DNA from: Fervidobacterium sp. | GTDB taxonomy: Bacteria > Thermotogota > Thermotogae > Thermotogales > Fervidobacteriaceae | Direction: 5' to 3' | Assembly: GCA_049970055.1 (NCBI GenBank) | Contig: JBMFNR010000002.1 | Location: 468,406-532,405 of the forward strand | Length of the DNA stretch: 64,000 nucleotides | In this document: positions 30,669 through 40,843 of the stretch, piece after piece | Layout of the letters: each line of letters starts with the position of its first letter | How positions within the stretch are numbered: position 1 is the stretch's first letter | The notes under the pieces: generated by a model | What the model saw: the letters and a program-made list of their open reading frames with translations, nothing else | Databases searched by the model: none | Told to the model about the DNA's origin: nothing | Program-made: the position numbers and the translations under genes

Positions 30669-31235
30669 TCAGTACTCCCTTCCAACCCAACGTTTGAGAA
30701 ACTCATTAATCACTTCCCAACCGTATTTTTCGAAGAACTTTATGAACACATTTGCAGTAACGATAGCGTCATCGTAAGCTCTATGTGTAACTTTATGTAA
30801 AATTTCCATTTCCTGCGCCAGGCTTTCAAGTTTTCTTTTCTTACCATAAACAGCACGAGAAATGTCGAGAGTATCAATGTAATATATATCCAAAGGTAAC
30901 TGACCTACTTCTTTTGCGGCAAAATCGAGAAAGGTTAAATCAAAACGAGCGTTATGAAATACCAATATTGTATCTTGTGAGTACTTTCGAACAACGGATA
31001 TTACTTCGCTAAGTTCCGGTGCATCTTCGATATCGGAATTACTTATCTTATGCACACTTTGCGCGTACGCTTGGATCTGAACTTTCGGATTTACCAATGA
31101 AGTATAGATCCATTCTTTAACGATCTTTCCTTTATATACAGGAACAATGGCAATTTCGACGATCCTGTCGCCCATACTCGGATCAATACCTGTTGTTTCT
31201 ATATCCACACAACAGTAAACATTATCATCCCACAT
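30669..31235 (-). CDS. DEDDh 3'-5' exonuclease (DnaQ-like)
   Basis: VDIETTG, FHNARFD, IDTL, HRAYDD. Confidence 0.92.
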   Translation of the reverse strand: MWDDNVYCCVDIETTGIDPSMGDRIVEIAIVPVYKGKIVKEWIYTSLVNPKVQIQAYAQSVHKISNSDIEDAPELSEVISVVRKYSQDTILVFHNARFDLTFLDFAAKEVGQLPLDIYYIDTLDISRAVYGKKRKLESLAQEMEILHKVTHRAYDDAIVTANVFIKFFEKYGWEVINEFLKRWVGREY

Positions 31236-31248
31236 ATAAAAACCCTTT

Positions 31249-32259
31249 CTACGTAATTAGCTCTTCTCCACTACCACGAGATATAACTATTTCTCCTGCT
31301 TCCTCGAGTCTCCTGATGATATTTATTATCTTTTGCTGAGCTTCTTCAACATCTTTAACTCTGACAGGTCCCATGAATTCCATTTCATCTTTCAAAAGTT
31401 GTTGTGCACGCTTTGACATATTGTTCATTATTTTTTGTTTTAGCTCTTCGGATGCTCCCTTTAATGCAACTGCCAAATCTTGCATGTTTACTTCACGTAA
31501 AACGAGTTGAACAGCCCTATCATCGATCTTTAGTATATCCTCGAAGACAAACATCCTTCTTCGTATCTCTTCAGCAAGTTCTGGCGATTCGTAGGTGAGC
31601 CTTTCCATAATGTTCTTTTCTGTTGAACGGTCAAGACTATTCATTATTTCTGCAGCAGTATCGAGTCCACCAACAGCACTCATCGTTTGTGTTGATACAC
31701 CAGCGAATTTCTTTTCCAACAATTTTTCCACTTCTTTGACGACATCTGGCGAAGCACGTTCAAGGAGGGATATTCTCTTTATAACTTCTATTTGTAGGTT
31801 TTCTGGTAATGCACCGAGCACTTGTGCGGCTATCCTTGGTTCAAGAAAACTCAAAACAAGTGCAATAGTTTGAGGATGCTCAGATTGTAGGAAGTTTACT
31901 ATTTGAACAACATCCGCACTTTTCATAAATTCAAAAGGTTTTACGGCAAGATTGGATACAAGTCTTTCAATAATCTGCATAGCTTTTTCAGGTCCGAAGG
32001 CGTTTATTAGCATTTCTTTAGCATAGTCAATGCCACCCGATATTAGAAGCTCCCGAGCTTTGGTAAGATTTTGAAATTCTTCTAGTACAACTCTTCGTTC
32101 TTCGTTTGTCACTTTTCCCAGGTTGGCAATTTCAATTGTTAGCGATTCCACTTCTGTATCATCTAAATTTTTAAGTACTTTCGCCGCCCTTTCTGGGCCC
32201 ATAGTGAGAAGCAGTATCGCTGCTTTCCTTTTACCCACAAGTGGCTTTTTTTCCGCCAT
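31249..32259 (-). CDS. fliG: Flagellar motor switch protein FliG
   Basis: KAAILL, EHPQTIAL, MFVFEDI, GPVRVKDVEEAQ. Confidence 0.97.
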   Translation of the reverse strand: MAEKKPLVGKRKAAILLLTMGPERAAKVLKNLDDTEVESLTIEIANLGKVTNEERRVVLEEFQNLTKARELLISGGIDYAKEMLINAFGPEKAMQIIERLVSNLAVKPFEFMKSADVVQIVNFLQSEHPQTIALVLSFLEPRIAAQVLGALPENLQIEVIKRISLLERASPDVVKEVEKLLEKKFAGVSTQTMSAVGGLDTAAEIMNSLDRSTEKNIMERLTYESPELAEEIRRRMFVFEDILKIDDRAVQLVLREVNMQDLAVALKGASEELKQKIMNNMSKRAQQLLKDEMEFMGPVRVKDVEEAQQKIINIIRRLEEAGEIVISRGSGEELIT

Positions 32260-32325
32260 GCTCTCGCCCTTTCCTCATAGCAATATAAACAATGTTCATT
32301 TACCATTCATTCAACATTCTTTATG

Positions 32326-33930
32326 CTATTTTTCGCTCATCCAAACTTTAAGCACAGTTGCAACTTCTTCAGGTGAAGCTTCAGATACCTGTTGCAAATA
32401 ATTTTTGAGTTCTTCGATAAGAGCCTCTTCTTCCCCACCAGGAGGAACCTCTTCTTCCTGTATAGTTTGCATAACACGCTGAGCTTCTTCTTGAAGTGCC
32501 TTGTACCGTTCTTGCAATATCTTCCTTGCTTTGACTTTTTTAAATTGAATTAACCCAAGGTACGTGGCAAAGAATATTAAAATTGAAGCAAGCAATAAGA
32601 GCGTGAGTCTTGTTCGTAATTTCTGAACTTCTGTTATACTTTGTATTTCTTTGTAAAATTGTTCTTGGACCTCTCTGCTAAATGGTAAGAAAGCAACAGC
32701 GTAAGTGATACTACCTTGAGGTGTATTAGCTGATATACTTTTTTCAACGACTGTTTGAATGTATCTTTCAACTTCTTCTTTTGACGTTTTTTCAAGTACC
32801 GTCGATGATGAGTCGATAAGTACGGAAACTGTTATATTTTCTATCTCACCTTCCGTATTTTTTACAATGTTTTCAACGATTTGATTGAGTTCGTAATTGA
32901 CGATCTCGTGGCTTTTTTGATAAGTTGTAGTTCCTGTCCCTTCTACAGATTGATAGGTTGTTGGTGGTATGTTTGATTCTGTGCCAACAGGTCCACCAGT
33001 ACCTTGACTTGTTGTTGAAATCTCAGATTCTGTTTCCTTACTACGCACAAGTCCTTCCTTTTTATTCGGGGCGGTGTATGTTGTGATTTGTTTTTCAACC
33101 TTTTCCCAATTTAATTTCACATCTGGTATAACCTCTACTCTTCCAGATCCAAAGACACTCTCAAGTGGTATTTTGATTTTCTGTTTGTAATAGTTTTCAA
33201 GGTTGATCTTCAGTTCCATTTTTGTTGAAGCAAGCGCGGTTGTTTGATCGAGGTTTAATAAAGTTGTTAAATCTTGGCCTGTTTGGTCTATAACTTTGAT
33301 ATTCTCAGGTTTAATACCTTCAACTGCACCTTCTATCAATGAAACGATACCTTTTACCTGATCCTTACCTAGACTTTCTCCAGGGTTCATTACAACCATA
33401 ACAGAAGCGCGTGGTTCGGACATTTCACCGCGCACATAGTATGTGTACTTTGGAAGTGTTAAAACCACTCTTGCACTTTGGATACCTCTTATTGTGGATA
33501 TAGTCCTTTCAAGCTCGCCTTGGAGCGCTATCTGATATCTTACCTGCTTATCAAAACTCGTAGCTCCAAGTGAATTTTGATCGAGTATTTCAAATCCCCT
33601 TGAAGATCCTGAAAGAACTCCCGAAGATGCAAGTTTCATTCTTATTTCATAAACGTTGTAATTTGATGGAATGAGTATTCTGTTACCCACTTCAACTTTG
33701 TAAGGTATGCCAAGCGATTCAAGTTGTTGAATAATGCCTCCTGCATCCTGTTCCGTTCTCGTGGTTAAGAGCAGGGTATATCTTGGAGTATTCATGATAG
33801 CAAGAAAAATTATGGCCAACACAATAGAAGCCATAATAATTATGATAGTTAACCTCTGCCCTTGTGAAGATTGCTTCCACCATTTTGGTAATTTAGAAAA
33901 CCAATCTAAAAATTTCCTAAACCATTCCAA
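32326..33930 (-). CDS. fliF: Flagellar MS-ring protein FliF
   Basis: GFEILD, ALQGELERTI, ASVMV, PENIKVIDQ, two TMs. Confidence 0.95.
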   Translation of the reverse strand: MEWFRKFLDWFSKLPKWWKQSSQGQRLTIIIIMASIVLAIIFLAIMNTPRYTLLLTTRTEQDAGGIIQQLESLGIPYKVEVGNRILIPSNYNVYEIRMKLASSGVLSGSSRGFEILDQNSLGATSFDKQVRYQIALQGELERTISTIRGIQSARVVLTLPKYTYYVRGEMSEPRASVMVVMNPGESLGKDQVKGIVSLIEGAVEGIKPENIKVIDQTGQDLTTLLNLDQTTALASTKMELKINLENYYKQKIKIPLESVFGSGRVEVIPDVKLNWEKVEKQITTYTAPNKKEGLVRSKETESEISTTSQGTGGPVGTESNIPPTTYQSVEGTGTTTYQKSHEIVNYELNQIVENIVKNTEGEIENITVSVLIDSSSTVLEKTSKEEVERYIQTVVEKSISANTPQGSITYAVAFLPFSREVQEQFYKEIQSITEVQKLRTRLTLLLLASILIFFATYLGLIQFKKVKARKILQERYKALQEEAQRVMQTIQEEEVPPGGEEEALIEELKNYLQQVSEASPEEVATVLKVWMSEK

Positions 33931-34063
33931 ACCTCATCACCACCAAACTACGTACCAAAGATATATTATATCACAAAGATCTACAAAAATTTACACTATA
34001 TTAATTTTTTGGCTGTTAACTTTTTTGGAAATAGTACTATAATTATAATACCAAAGTCCCGGG

Positions 34064-34612
34064 GTGATTGCAATGTGGAAAATAAGCGTAAAGGAACTTA
34101 TAAATGAAAAAAGACGTGTTGTCGAGGGTATATATTATGTACCAGAAATAGAACTACATACAGGAACTTACAAAGTTACACGTGGCGGCTTCAAAGTTAA
34201 AATGATTTTGACGTACGCTGATAATAAAATTTTACTCGGTGGATATGCAAGAGGATATGTCGAGCGCCCGTGTGATAGGTGTTTGAAGATGTCAGAAATG
34301 TACATTGACGGAATCATTGAAGCAGTGTATACTTTTGAAAAGAAACCAGCTCACAAAACAGAGGAACTTAAAGATTTGTCGAACGAAATTTTATTAACTG
34401 GTGATATAATAGACCTTGAAGAAAGAATTATCGAGGGAATCGTCAGTAGTGCACCGGATGTTTACGTATGCAGTCCTGATTGCAAAGGTTTATGTCCTTA
34501 TTGTGGTGCAGATTTAAATGAAGGCACAAATCACAAGTGTATTGAAATGGAAGATAAAATAGATCCAAGATTTGAAATATTGCTTAAAATCAAGCATTCA
34601 CAGGAGGGATAA
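34064..34612 (+). CDS. yceD: YceD/DUF177 protein
   Basis: CDRCL, CSPDCKGLCPYCG, IDPRF; upstream of rpmF. Confidence 0.9.
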   Translation: MIAMWKISVKELINEKRRVVEGIYYVPEIELHTGTYKVTRGGFKVKMILTYADNKILLGGYARGYVERPCDRCLKMSEMYIDGIIEAVYTFEKKPAHKTEELKDLSNEILLTGDIIDLEERIIEGIVSSAPDVYVCSPDCKGLCPYCGADLNEGTNHKCIEMEDKIDPRFEILLKIKHSQEG

Positions 34613-34614
34613 CT

Positions 34615-34797
34615 ATGGCAGTACCAAAGCAGAAGCGCTCAAGCAGTAGAACTCATCACAAAAGAGCCAAGATCTACAAGGCTTTTAGTGTTGCGGTAAC
34701 AACATGTCCAAACTGTGGTGCTCCAAAGCAACCACACAGAGTATGTTTAAGATGTGGATATTATGGAAAGAAGCAGGTGTTTGAGGTAGCAAAATGA
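34615..34797 (+). CDS. rpmF: 50S ribosomal protein L32 (Zn-ribbon form)
   Basis: MAVPKQKRS...CPNCG...HRVCLRCGYY. Confidence 0.97.
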   Translation: MAVPKQKRSSSRTHHKRAKIYKAFSVAVTTCPNCGAPKQPHRVCLRCGYYGKKQVFEVAK

Positions 34798-35798
34798 TTC
34801 GCATAGCACTCGATCTGATGGGCGGAGATAGGGCGCCGGAAGAAATAAAGGCCGGCGCTCTTATGTATTTGGAAATACTTAGAAAGTCCAAGAAGGATAT
34901 CAAATTGATACTTGTAGGCTTACCCGATGTTTTGAGGGAATTTGAGCCTTTTAAAGAAGAAGGATTAGCGGAGCTTGTGGAAGCAAGGGATGTTCTACCA
35001 ATGGACGTAAAACCAACCGATGCATTGAGAAGAAAAGAAAGTTCGATGTACATTGCTTCGCAACTAGTCAAGGAAAAAAGGTCAGATGCCGTTGTAAGTG
35101 CTGGGAACACCGGGGCGTTGTTGTCTTGCGCTACAATTGTTGTTGGTAGAATACCCGGTGTGGATAGACCTGCGCTTGCAGTTCCTGTGCCAAGTCTTAA
35201 TGGCTTCACAATATTGATAGACGCAGGCGCAAATGCGGATGTTAAACCAGAATGGCTATTGCAGTTTGCTCAAATGGGCATCGAGTATGCAAAAGTTCTT
35301 GGAAAATCTTCGCCAAAAGTTGGTTTGTTGAATGTCGGAACGGAAGAGAATAAGGGTACGGAGAGAGAAAAACAGGCGTATCAATTATTAAAGGACGCAC
35401 TTGGTAAAAGATTTCATGGCAATGTGGAAGGCAATGATATAAATCTAGGTATTGTTGATGTCGTGGTTACTGATGGTTTTTCAGGGAACATAGCGATGAA
35501 AACAATGGAAGGGGTTGCAAAACTCATTTCAGATACAATTAAATCCGAGGCTAAAAAAAGCATCGATGGAATCATTGGTGCACTGATATTTTCAAGAACT
35601 TTGAAAAATCTGAAAAAGAAATTGGATCCAAGAACTTACGGTGGAACGTTTTTCCTTGGTGTAGATGGAGTTGTTGTAAAAGCCCATGGTAACTCTGATA
35701 GGATAGCCATATATAACGCAATCAACGTTGCGGTAAAGGGTGTGGAAGGAAAACTCATAGAGCAGTTGAAGGAAAAGTTAAGTCTTGGGAGTTTGTGA
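34794..35798 (+). CDS. plsX: Phosphate acyltransferase
   Basis: IALDLMGGD, SAGNTGA, DAGAN, VTDGFSGN, KAHG. Confidence 0.96.
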   Translation: MIRIALDLMGGDRAPEEIKAGALMYLEILRKSKKDIKLILVGLPDVLREFEPFKEEGLAELVEARDVLPMDVKPTDALRRKESSMYIASQLVKEKRSDAVVSAGNTGALLSCATIVVGRIPGVDRPALAVPVPSLNGFTILIDAGANADVKPEWLLQFAQMGIEYAKVLGKSSPKVGLLNVGTEENKGTEREKQAYQLLKDALGKRFHGNVEGNDINLGIVDVVVTDGFSGNIAMKTMEGVAKLISDTIKSEAKKSIDGIIGALIFSRTLKNLKKKLDPRTYGGTFFLGVDGVVVKAHGNSDRIAIYNAINVAVKGVEGKLIEQLKEKLSLGSL

Positions 35799-35815
35799 GG
35801 AGAGGTGAAGAACCT

Positions 35816-37627
35816 ATGTGTGGAATTGTTGGAATAATTGGTCATGAATTTAAAGTTAGTGATTTAATAGAAGGCTTGAAAAAGCTTGAATATAGAGGTT
35901 ACGATTCTGCTGGAGTTGCTGTAATCGAAGATAAAGGACTTTACGTTAGTAAGAGCGTCGGAAGGATAGATGCTCTGAAAAGTGTTGTTGAGACGGAAAA
36001 AGTGGTACGTGGTGGCATTGCTCACACAAGATGGGCAACACACGGGGTTCCCAACGATAGAAATGCTCATCCTCACACAGATTGCTCGGGAAAAATTGCA
36101 GTTGTTCACAATGGAATCATAGAGAACTACCAAGAACTGAAAAATGATCTCATCAAAAAGGGCCACACGTTCAAATCTGATACAGATACGGAAGTTATAA
36201 GCCACCTAATTGAAGAATCATTTCAAGGTGATCTGTACAAAGCAGTCCTACAGGCTTTGAGTAAATTGAAGGGAGCATTCGCAATAGCAGTTATACATTC
36301 CGATCTTCCAAACATTATGATTGGTGCAAGGAAAGGTAGTCCACTTGTGTTAGGTTGTAATGATCAGCGCTGCATTCTTGCTTCTGATGTAACTCCTATA
36401 ATTAAATATACACGAGATGTTATCTTCCTTGAGGACGGAGATGTTGTGTACATAGAAGGCAATAAGGCAAAGATAACGGATTTTCGTGGTAATGTTGTCA
36501 TCAGAACACACACACCTATTACATGGGACGAAACTGCAGCGGAAAAAGGTGGATTTAAACATTTTATGCTTAAAGAAATTCATGAAGTTCCTGAAGCAAT
36601 AGAGAGCGCAACTGTTGGAAGATTTGACGAAAGATTCTTCCCAACTCTCAGAGAACTTGATGAATTCAACATAGAAAAGATTAAGAGGATAGTTCTTGTC
36701 GCTTGTGGGACGAGTTATCATGCGGGTCTTGTTTTTAAGTATTTTGCGGAAAAATACCTTGACGTTGATGTTCTTGTAGATGTGGCATCTGAATTTAGAT
36801 ACAGGCCTATCAGGGTAGATGAAAATACTATAGCCGTAGCGATATCCCAGTCAGGCGAAACGGCTGATACACTTGAAAGTGTAAGAGCAGTTAAGAAAGC
36901 TGGTGGAAAGGTTATAGCAATTACAAATGTTGTAGGTTCTACAATTACACGTGAAAGCGATGTAACATTGTTTATGAATGCTGGTCCAGAGATAGGTGTT
37001 GCGGCATCAAAGACGTATGTTAACCAATTGATAGTTCTTTACACAATAGCTCTTTACATGATGAAAAAGCGCGGCCTTTGGTCAGAGGAACATCAACAGA
37101 TTGTAAAACAGATTATCGAGCTACCAAAGATGGTAAAAAAAATCATCAATAATGAAGAAATCAACAAACTTGCCGATTATTACAAGAATTATCACCATTT
37201 CATGTACATAGGAAGGGGTATAAACACCGCAACAGCGATGGAAGGTGCACTAAAGCTTAAAGAGATCAGTTATATAAATGCCGTTGCCTATCCAGCTGGT
37301 GAATTGAAACACGGGCCTATAGCGTTGCTTGATCCCACATTCCCTGTGTTTGCAATTGTCCCAAAAGATAGCCTGTACGTAAAGATGAAAAGCAACGTGG
37401 AAGAAGCAAGAGCAAGGAATGCAAGGATATTAGTTGTCGCAACGGAAGGCGACACAGAAATTCAAAAGATAGCTCACGATGTCATATACGTACCAGAAGT
37501 TCACGAAGATCTTTACCCACTTATCATCGCACCTGTAATACAATTGTTTGCTTACTATATAGCGGATAAAAGAGGTTACGATCCGGATAAGCCAAGGAAC
37601 TTAGCGAAAAGTGTAACTGTTGAGTAA
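35816..37627 (+). CDS. glmS: Glucosamine--fructose-6-phosphate aminotransferase
   Basis: MCGIVG at ATG 35816, HTRWATHG, SQSGETAD, PRNLAKSVTVE. Confidence 0.98.
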   Translation: MCGIVGIIGHEFKVSDLIEGLKKLEYRGYDSAGVAVIEDKGLYVSKSVGRIDALKSVVETEKVVRGGIAHTRWATHGVPNDRNAHPHTDCSGKIAVVHNGIIENYQELKNDLIKKGHTFKSDTDTEVISHLIEESFQGDLYKAVLQALSKLKGAFAIAVIHSDLPNIMIGARKGSPLVLGCNDQRCILASDVTPIIKYTRDVIFLEDGDVVYIEGNKAKITDFRGNVVIRTHTPITWDETAAEKGGFKHFMLKEIHEVPEAIESATVGRFDERFFPTLRELDEFNIEKIKRIVLVACGTSYHAGLVFKYFAEKYLDVDVLVDVASEFRYRPIRVDENTIAVAISQSGETADTLESVRAVKKAGGKVIAITNVVGSTITRESDVTLFMNAGPEIGVAASKTYVNQLIVLYTIALYMMKKRGLWSEEHQQIVKQIIELPKMVKKIINNEEINKLADYYKNYHHFMYIGRGINTATAMEGALKLKEISYINAVAYPAGELKHGPIALLDPTFPVFAIVPKDSLYVKMKSNVEEARARNARILVVATEGDTEIQKIAHDVIYVPEVHEDLYPLIIAPVIQLFAYYIADKRGYDPDKPRNLAKSVTVE

Positions 37628-37644
37628 TTAAAAGGAGGTAGCGC

Positions 37645-38877
37645 ATGGCACAAAAATTTTGTTCGTTCTGTGGAAGATCGTCAGATAAAGTTGAGAAACT
37701 TATCGCGGGACCAGGCAATGTGTACATCTGTAGTGAATGTGTTGAGCTCTTTCACGATATTCTACAAAGTGATAAGAAAATTAAACCTATGTCATTTGGT
37801 CCAAAAGAACGCAGAGATTTGCCAACACCATCGCAAATCAAAGCAGAACTTGATAAATACGTTATTGGTCAAGACCGCGTTAAGAAAATACTTTCCGTAG
37901 CTGTTTACAATCACTATAAACGTGTGTTTTTTGGAAAGGATACAAGTGATGTTGAAATCGAAAAATCCAACATTATACTTATTGGTCCAACGGGAAGTGG
38001 TAAAACATTAATGGCACGCATTTTGGCAAGGATTCTTGATGTTCCATTTGCTATAGCTGATGCTACTCCCCTTACAGAAGCAGGCTACGTAGGTGAAGAT
38101 GTTGAGAATGTAATACTTAGATTGCTCGAAGTAACTAATTTCGATGTTGAAAGAGCACGGTACGGTATAATATACATAGATGAAATAGACAAAATAGCAA
38201 GAAAGTCACCAAACCCTTCGATAACGAGAGATGTTAGTGGAGAAGGAGTACAAAAAGGTTTGCTGAAAATTGTTGAAGGAACTATTGCCAATGTACCACC
38301 GCAAGGTGGAAGGAAACATCCGTATCAAGAGTTTATAAAGGTTGATACAACTAATATCCTCTTCATTGTTGGAGGAGCTTTCGATGGGCTTGATGAAATA
38401 ATCAAAAGAAGGATAGAAGGAAGCACTATTGGATTCAACGCACCAGTGAAAAGTAAAGAACAGATGAGAATTGGCGAGATATTGCAACACGTTACACCTG
38501 ATGATTTAGTTCAGTATGGCTTGATGCCTGAATTCGTTGGAAGATTTCCCGTTATAGGTACGCTCAACGATCTCGCCTTAGAGGATCTGGTAAGAATATT
38601 GAAAGAACCAAGAAATGCTGTTTTGAAGCAGTATAAAAAATTATTTGAAATCGATGGGGTCACACTTGAAGTTGAGGAAAATGCATTATACGCAATCGCA
38701 AAGGAAGCGCTACGAAGAGGTACGGGTGCACGAGCTTTGAAAAGTGTATTCGAAGAAGTCATGATAGATATCATGTTTGATATTCCAGACTTAAAAGCGG
38801 TTGAGAAAGTTATTGTCACAGAAGAGTGCGTAACTAAGAAAGAAAAACCAAAGATATATATGAAAGAAACAGCGTGA
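37645..38877 (+). CDS. clpX: ATP-dependent Clp protease ATPase subunit
   Basis: CSFCG Zn domain, [19 protein letters not shown] loop, IGF loop. Confidence 0.97.
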   Translation: MAQKFCSFCGRSSDKVEKLIAGPGNVYICSECVELFHDILQSDKKIKPMSFGPKERRDLPTPSQIKAELDKYVIGQDRVKKILSVAVYNHYKRVFFGKDTSDVEIEKSNIILIGPTGSGKTLMARILARILDVPFAIADATPLTEAGYVGEDVENVILRLLEVTNFDVERARYGIIYIDEIDKIARKSPNPSITRDVSGEGVQKGLLKIVEGTIANVPPQGGRKHPYQEFIKVDTTNILFIVGGAFDGLDEIIKRRIEGSTIGFNAPVKSKEQMRIGEILQHVTPDDLVQYGLMPEFVGRFPVIGTLNDLALEDLVRILKEPRNAVLKQYKKLFEIDGVTLEVEENALYAIAKEALRRGTGARALKSVFEEVMIDIMFDIPDLKAVEKVIVTEECVTKKEKPKIYMKETA

Positions 38878-39902
38878 GGTGCACGATGCGCGTCTTAGGA
38901 ATCGAAACGAGCTGTGATGAAACATCTATAGCAGTCATTGACGACAACAAAGTAATTGCTAATTTAGTGTACTCACAGATACAAACTCATAAGAAATTTG
39001 GTGGAGTTGTACCAGAAATAGCGGCGCGGGAGCATTTGAAGAAGCTCCCCGTTCTTTTTTCAGAACTTGTTGATGAGATGAAAATTGATATAAGAACAAT
39101 CGATGGAATTGCTGTAACAAAAGGCCCTGGTTTAATAGGTGCCTTACTCGTCGGAGTTTCGTTTGCTAAAGCATTGGCTCTGAGGTACAAAAAGCCGCTG
39201 GTTGGTGTTAACCACATTATAGGGCACGTTTATGCAAATTACATCGCATACCCGACATTAACTCCACCGTACATTGTACTTATGGTATCTGGCGGCCACA
39301 CTCTTATATTGAAAATCGATAAAGAGAACAAAACAAGCATAATAGGTAGGAGTATAGATGATGCGGTGGGTGAAGCATTCGACAAGATCGCTAGATTACT
39401 CGGCCTTTGCTATCCCGGAGGGCCAGAAATCGATAGAGTAGCCAAAAGTGGGCACCCAAGAGCTTTCAACTTTCCCAGACCGAAAATGTACGATCCTGAC
39501 TACGATTTCAGTTTTTCAGGGCTAAAAACTGCTGTGTTGTATGAAGTGAAAAAGTTAATCGATCAAGGGTACAAAGAAAGTGACCTACCTATCTCAGATC
39601 TGGCGGCAAGTGCTCAGGAAGCTATGATCGATGTACTTTTACACAAAGTTACGAAGGCTGCAAAAGACAATAACATAAAAACCATCGTATTGGCAGGTGG
39701 AGTTGCGGCAAATAGTAGATTAAGAGAAAAAATAAAGCAATTGTCTGAAACGTTTGATTTCTACATTCCGCCTCTTGAGTACTGTTCTGATAACGCTGCA
39801 ATGATAGCACGAGCAGGCCTTGAACTTTTGGCGAAAGGTGAAAACGATGGACTGAATATAGAGCCAGTCCCAAACTTCTTTGAATTTATGGGTAATACAT
39901 GA
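38874..39902 (+). CDS. tsaD: tRNA t6A transferase
   Basis: [41 protein letters not shown]. Confidence 0.97.
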   Translation: MRCTMRVLGIETSCDETSIAVIDDNKVIANLVYSQIQTHKKFGGVVPEIAAREHLKKLPVLFSELVDEMKIDIRTIDGIAVTKGPGLIGALLVGVSFAKALALRYKKPLVGVNHIIGHVYANYIAYPTLTPPYIVLMVSGGHTLILKIDKENKTSIIGRSIDDAVGEAFDKIARLLGLCYPGGPEIDRVAKSGHPRAFNFPRPKMYDPDYDFSFSGLKTAVLYEVKKLIDQGYKESDLPISDLAASAQEAMIDVLLHKVTKAAKDNNIKTIVLAGGVAANSRLREKIKQLSETFDFYIPPLEYCSDNAAMIARAGLELLAKGENDGLNIEPVPNFFEFMGNT

Positions 39903-40066
39903 GATTCAAATGGTGTTTTATAATCAAAGTGTAAAGTAATAAAAGATTGGATACGTGCTAGGGCTTTGAAAAAAATCAAGGAACCTATCATTTATTTTTC
40001 ACCGTTGCACAAATCACTCGAACATATGCGCTAATTATTGAGAATACTTCCCATAAAGGCAAATAA

Positions 40067-40093
40067 TATTACTTGAAAAGTATTACTTGAAAA
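40067..40093. repeat. Tandem 13-bp direct repeat TATTACTTGAAAA (14-bp period)
   Basis: Copies at 40067-40079 and 40081-40093. Confidence 0.85.
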
Positions 40094-40143
40094 AGGAAAG
40101 AATTATATGAAAAAATAATTATCTGCTACTACTGTATATTTCA

Positions 40144-40333
40144 TTTAAATCTTTTCCCTGTGTGAAAAAAGTAATTCCATTTGGGTAAGGAAAAGGGAAA
40201 GGGTTTAAAGTTCAAGTGGTATTGAACAAGATAAGGGATAAGTGGTGAAGCTTTGAAAGATGAGGGTTTTACGCCACCTATCCCTTTTTTCTTGAACCAT
40301 GATCCTGCCCTTTTAGAAAGACTTTTTCGCACA
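40144..40333 (+). ncRNA. Candidate structured non-coding RNA (family unknown)
   Basis: Nested inverted repeats over ~175 nt; wobble pairs almost all form on the + strand. Confidence 0.55.
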
Positions 40334-40477
40334 AAGTAGAGCATATATTGGGAAATTTTAGTAGAAATATAGTTTAATTACGGAAAAACTTTATTACTTT
40401 CCAGGAAATACCATGTAGAGTTTATGTGGGTTTGAGGGCGTGGAAATGGAAAGGTTTTTTAATTAACAACTACGTTA

Positions 40478-40486
40478 TGCTATAAT
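40478..40486 (+). promoter_or_regulatory. Extended -10 promoter element
   Basis: TGCTATAAT. Confidence 0.5.
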
Positions 40487-40561
40487 TGATGTTAGAGCAA
40501 AATCCATACGAAGAAAAATTCTACGCAAACACTCGTGAATGATTTTAAGTAGAAAGCTACT

Positions 40562-40730
40562 ATCTCAATTCCAGATTTTCAGAGTTTTATGTTGCCTTTG
40601 CTTGAAGATGTTGAAAGATAGCACGAAACATTGCATATCGGATTTGATAATTGAATACAACATCGGTGTTTATGTGAGCATCAAATACGGGATTAAGAAA
40701 ATGGATAATTAGTACTTCGATGAAGAGTAA
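40562..40730 (+). pseudogene. mrr: Internally deleted mrr (type IV restriction) relic
   Basis: SIPDFQSFMLPLLE (Mrr N-terminus) joined after a frameshift to IEYNIGV..YGIKKMDN*YFDEE* (Mrr C-terminus). Confidence 0.72.
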
Positions 40731-40843
40731 ATCCATTTTTATTAATCGATGGCCATAATATAATTTACCACTATTCTTCAAGTGTACGAGTATTTTTTAC
40801 AAAAAAGATCGAAAATCCACAAGAGATCAGCGTGGGGTGTACG

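Noticed and set aside
33931..34063. oriC candidate, because as I recall the Thermotoga maritima origin lies upstream of the equivalent yceD-rpmF-plsX-glmS cluster
   Set aside because: The spacer is only ~130 bp, with no array of AAACCTACCACC-type or TTATCCACA boxes; the one similar stretch is the fliF ribosome-binding site
35780..35816. glmS ribozyme
   Set aside because: glmS directly follows plsX, leaving no leader space
40141..40344. 67-aa minus-strand ORF over the structured element; also a retron interpretation
   Set aside because: No RBS or recognisable motif; no reverse transcriptase in the window, and the would-be msr is only ~20 nt
40495..40560. c-di-GMP-I riboswitch (GCAAA...ACGCAAA spacing)
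   Set aside because: The sequence between the motifs does not form the required stem or GAAA tetraloop
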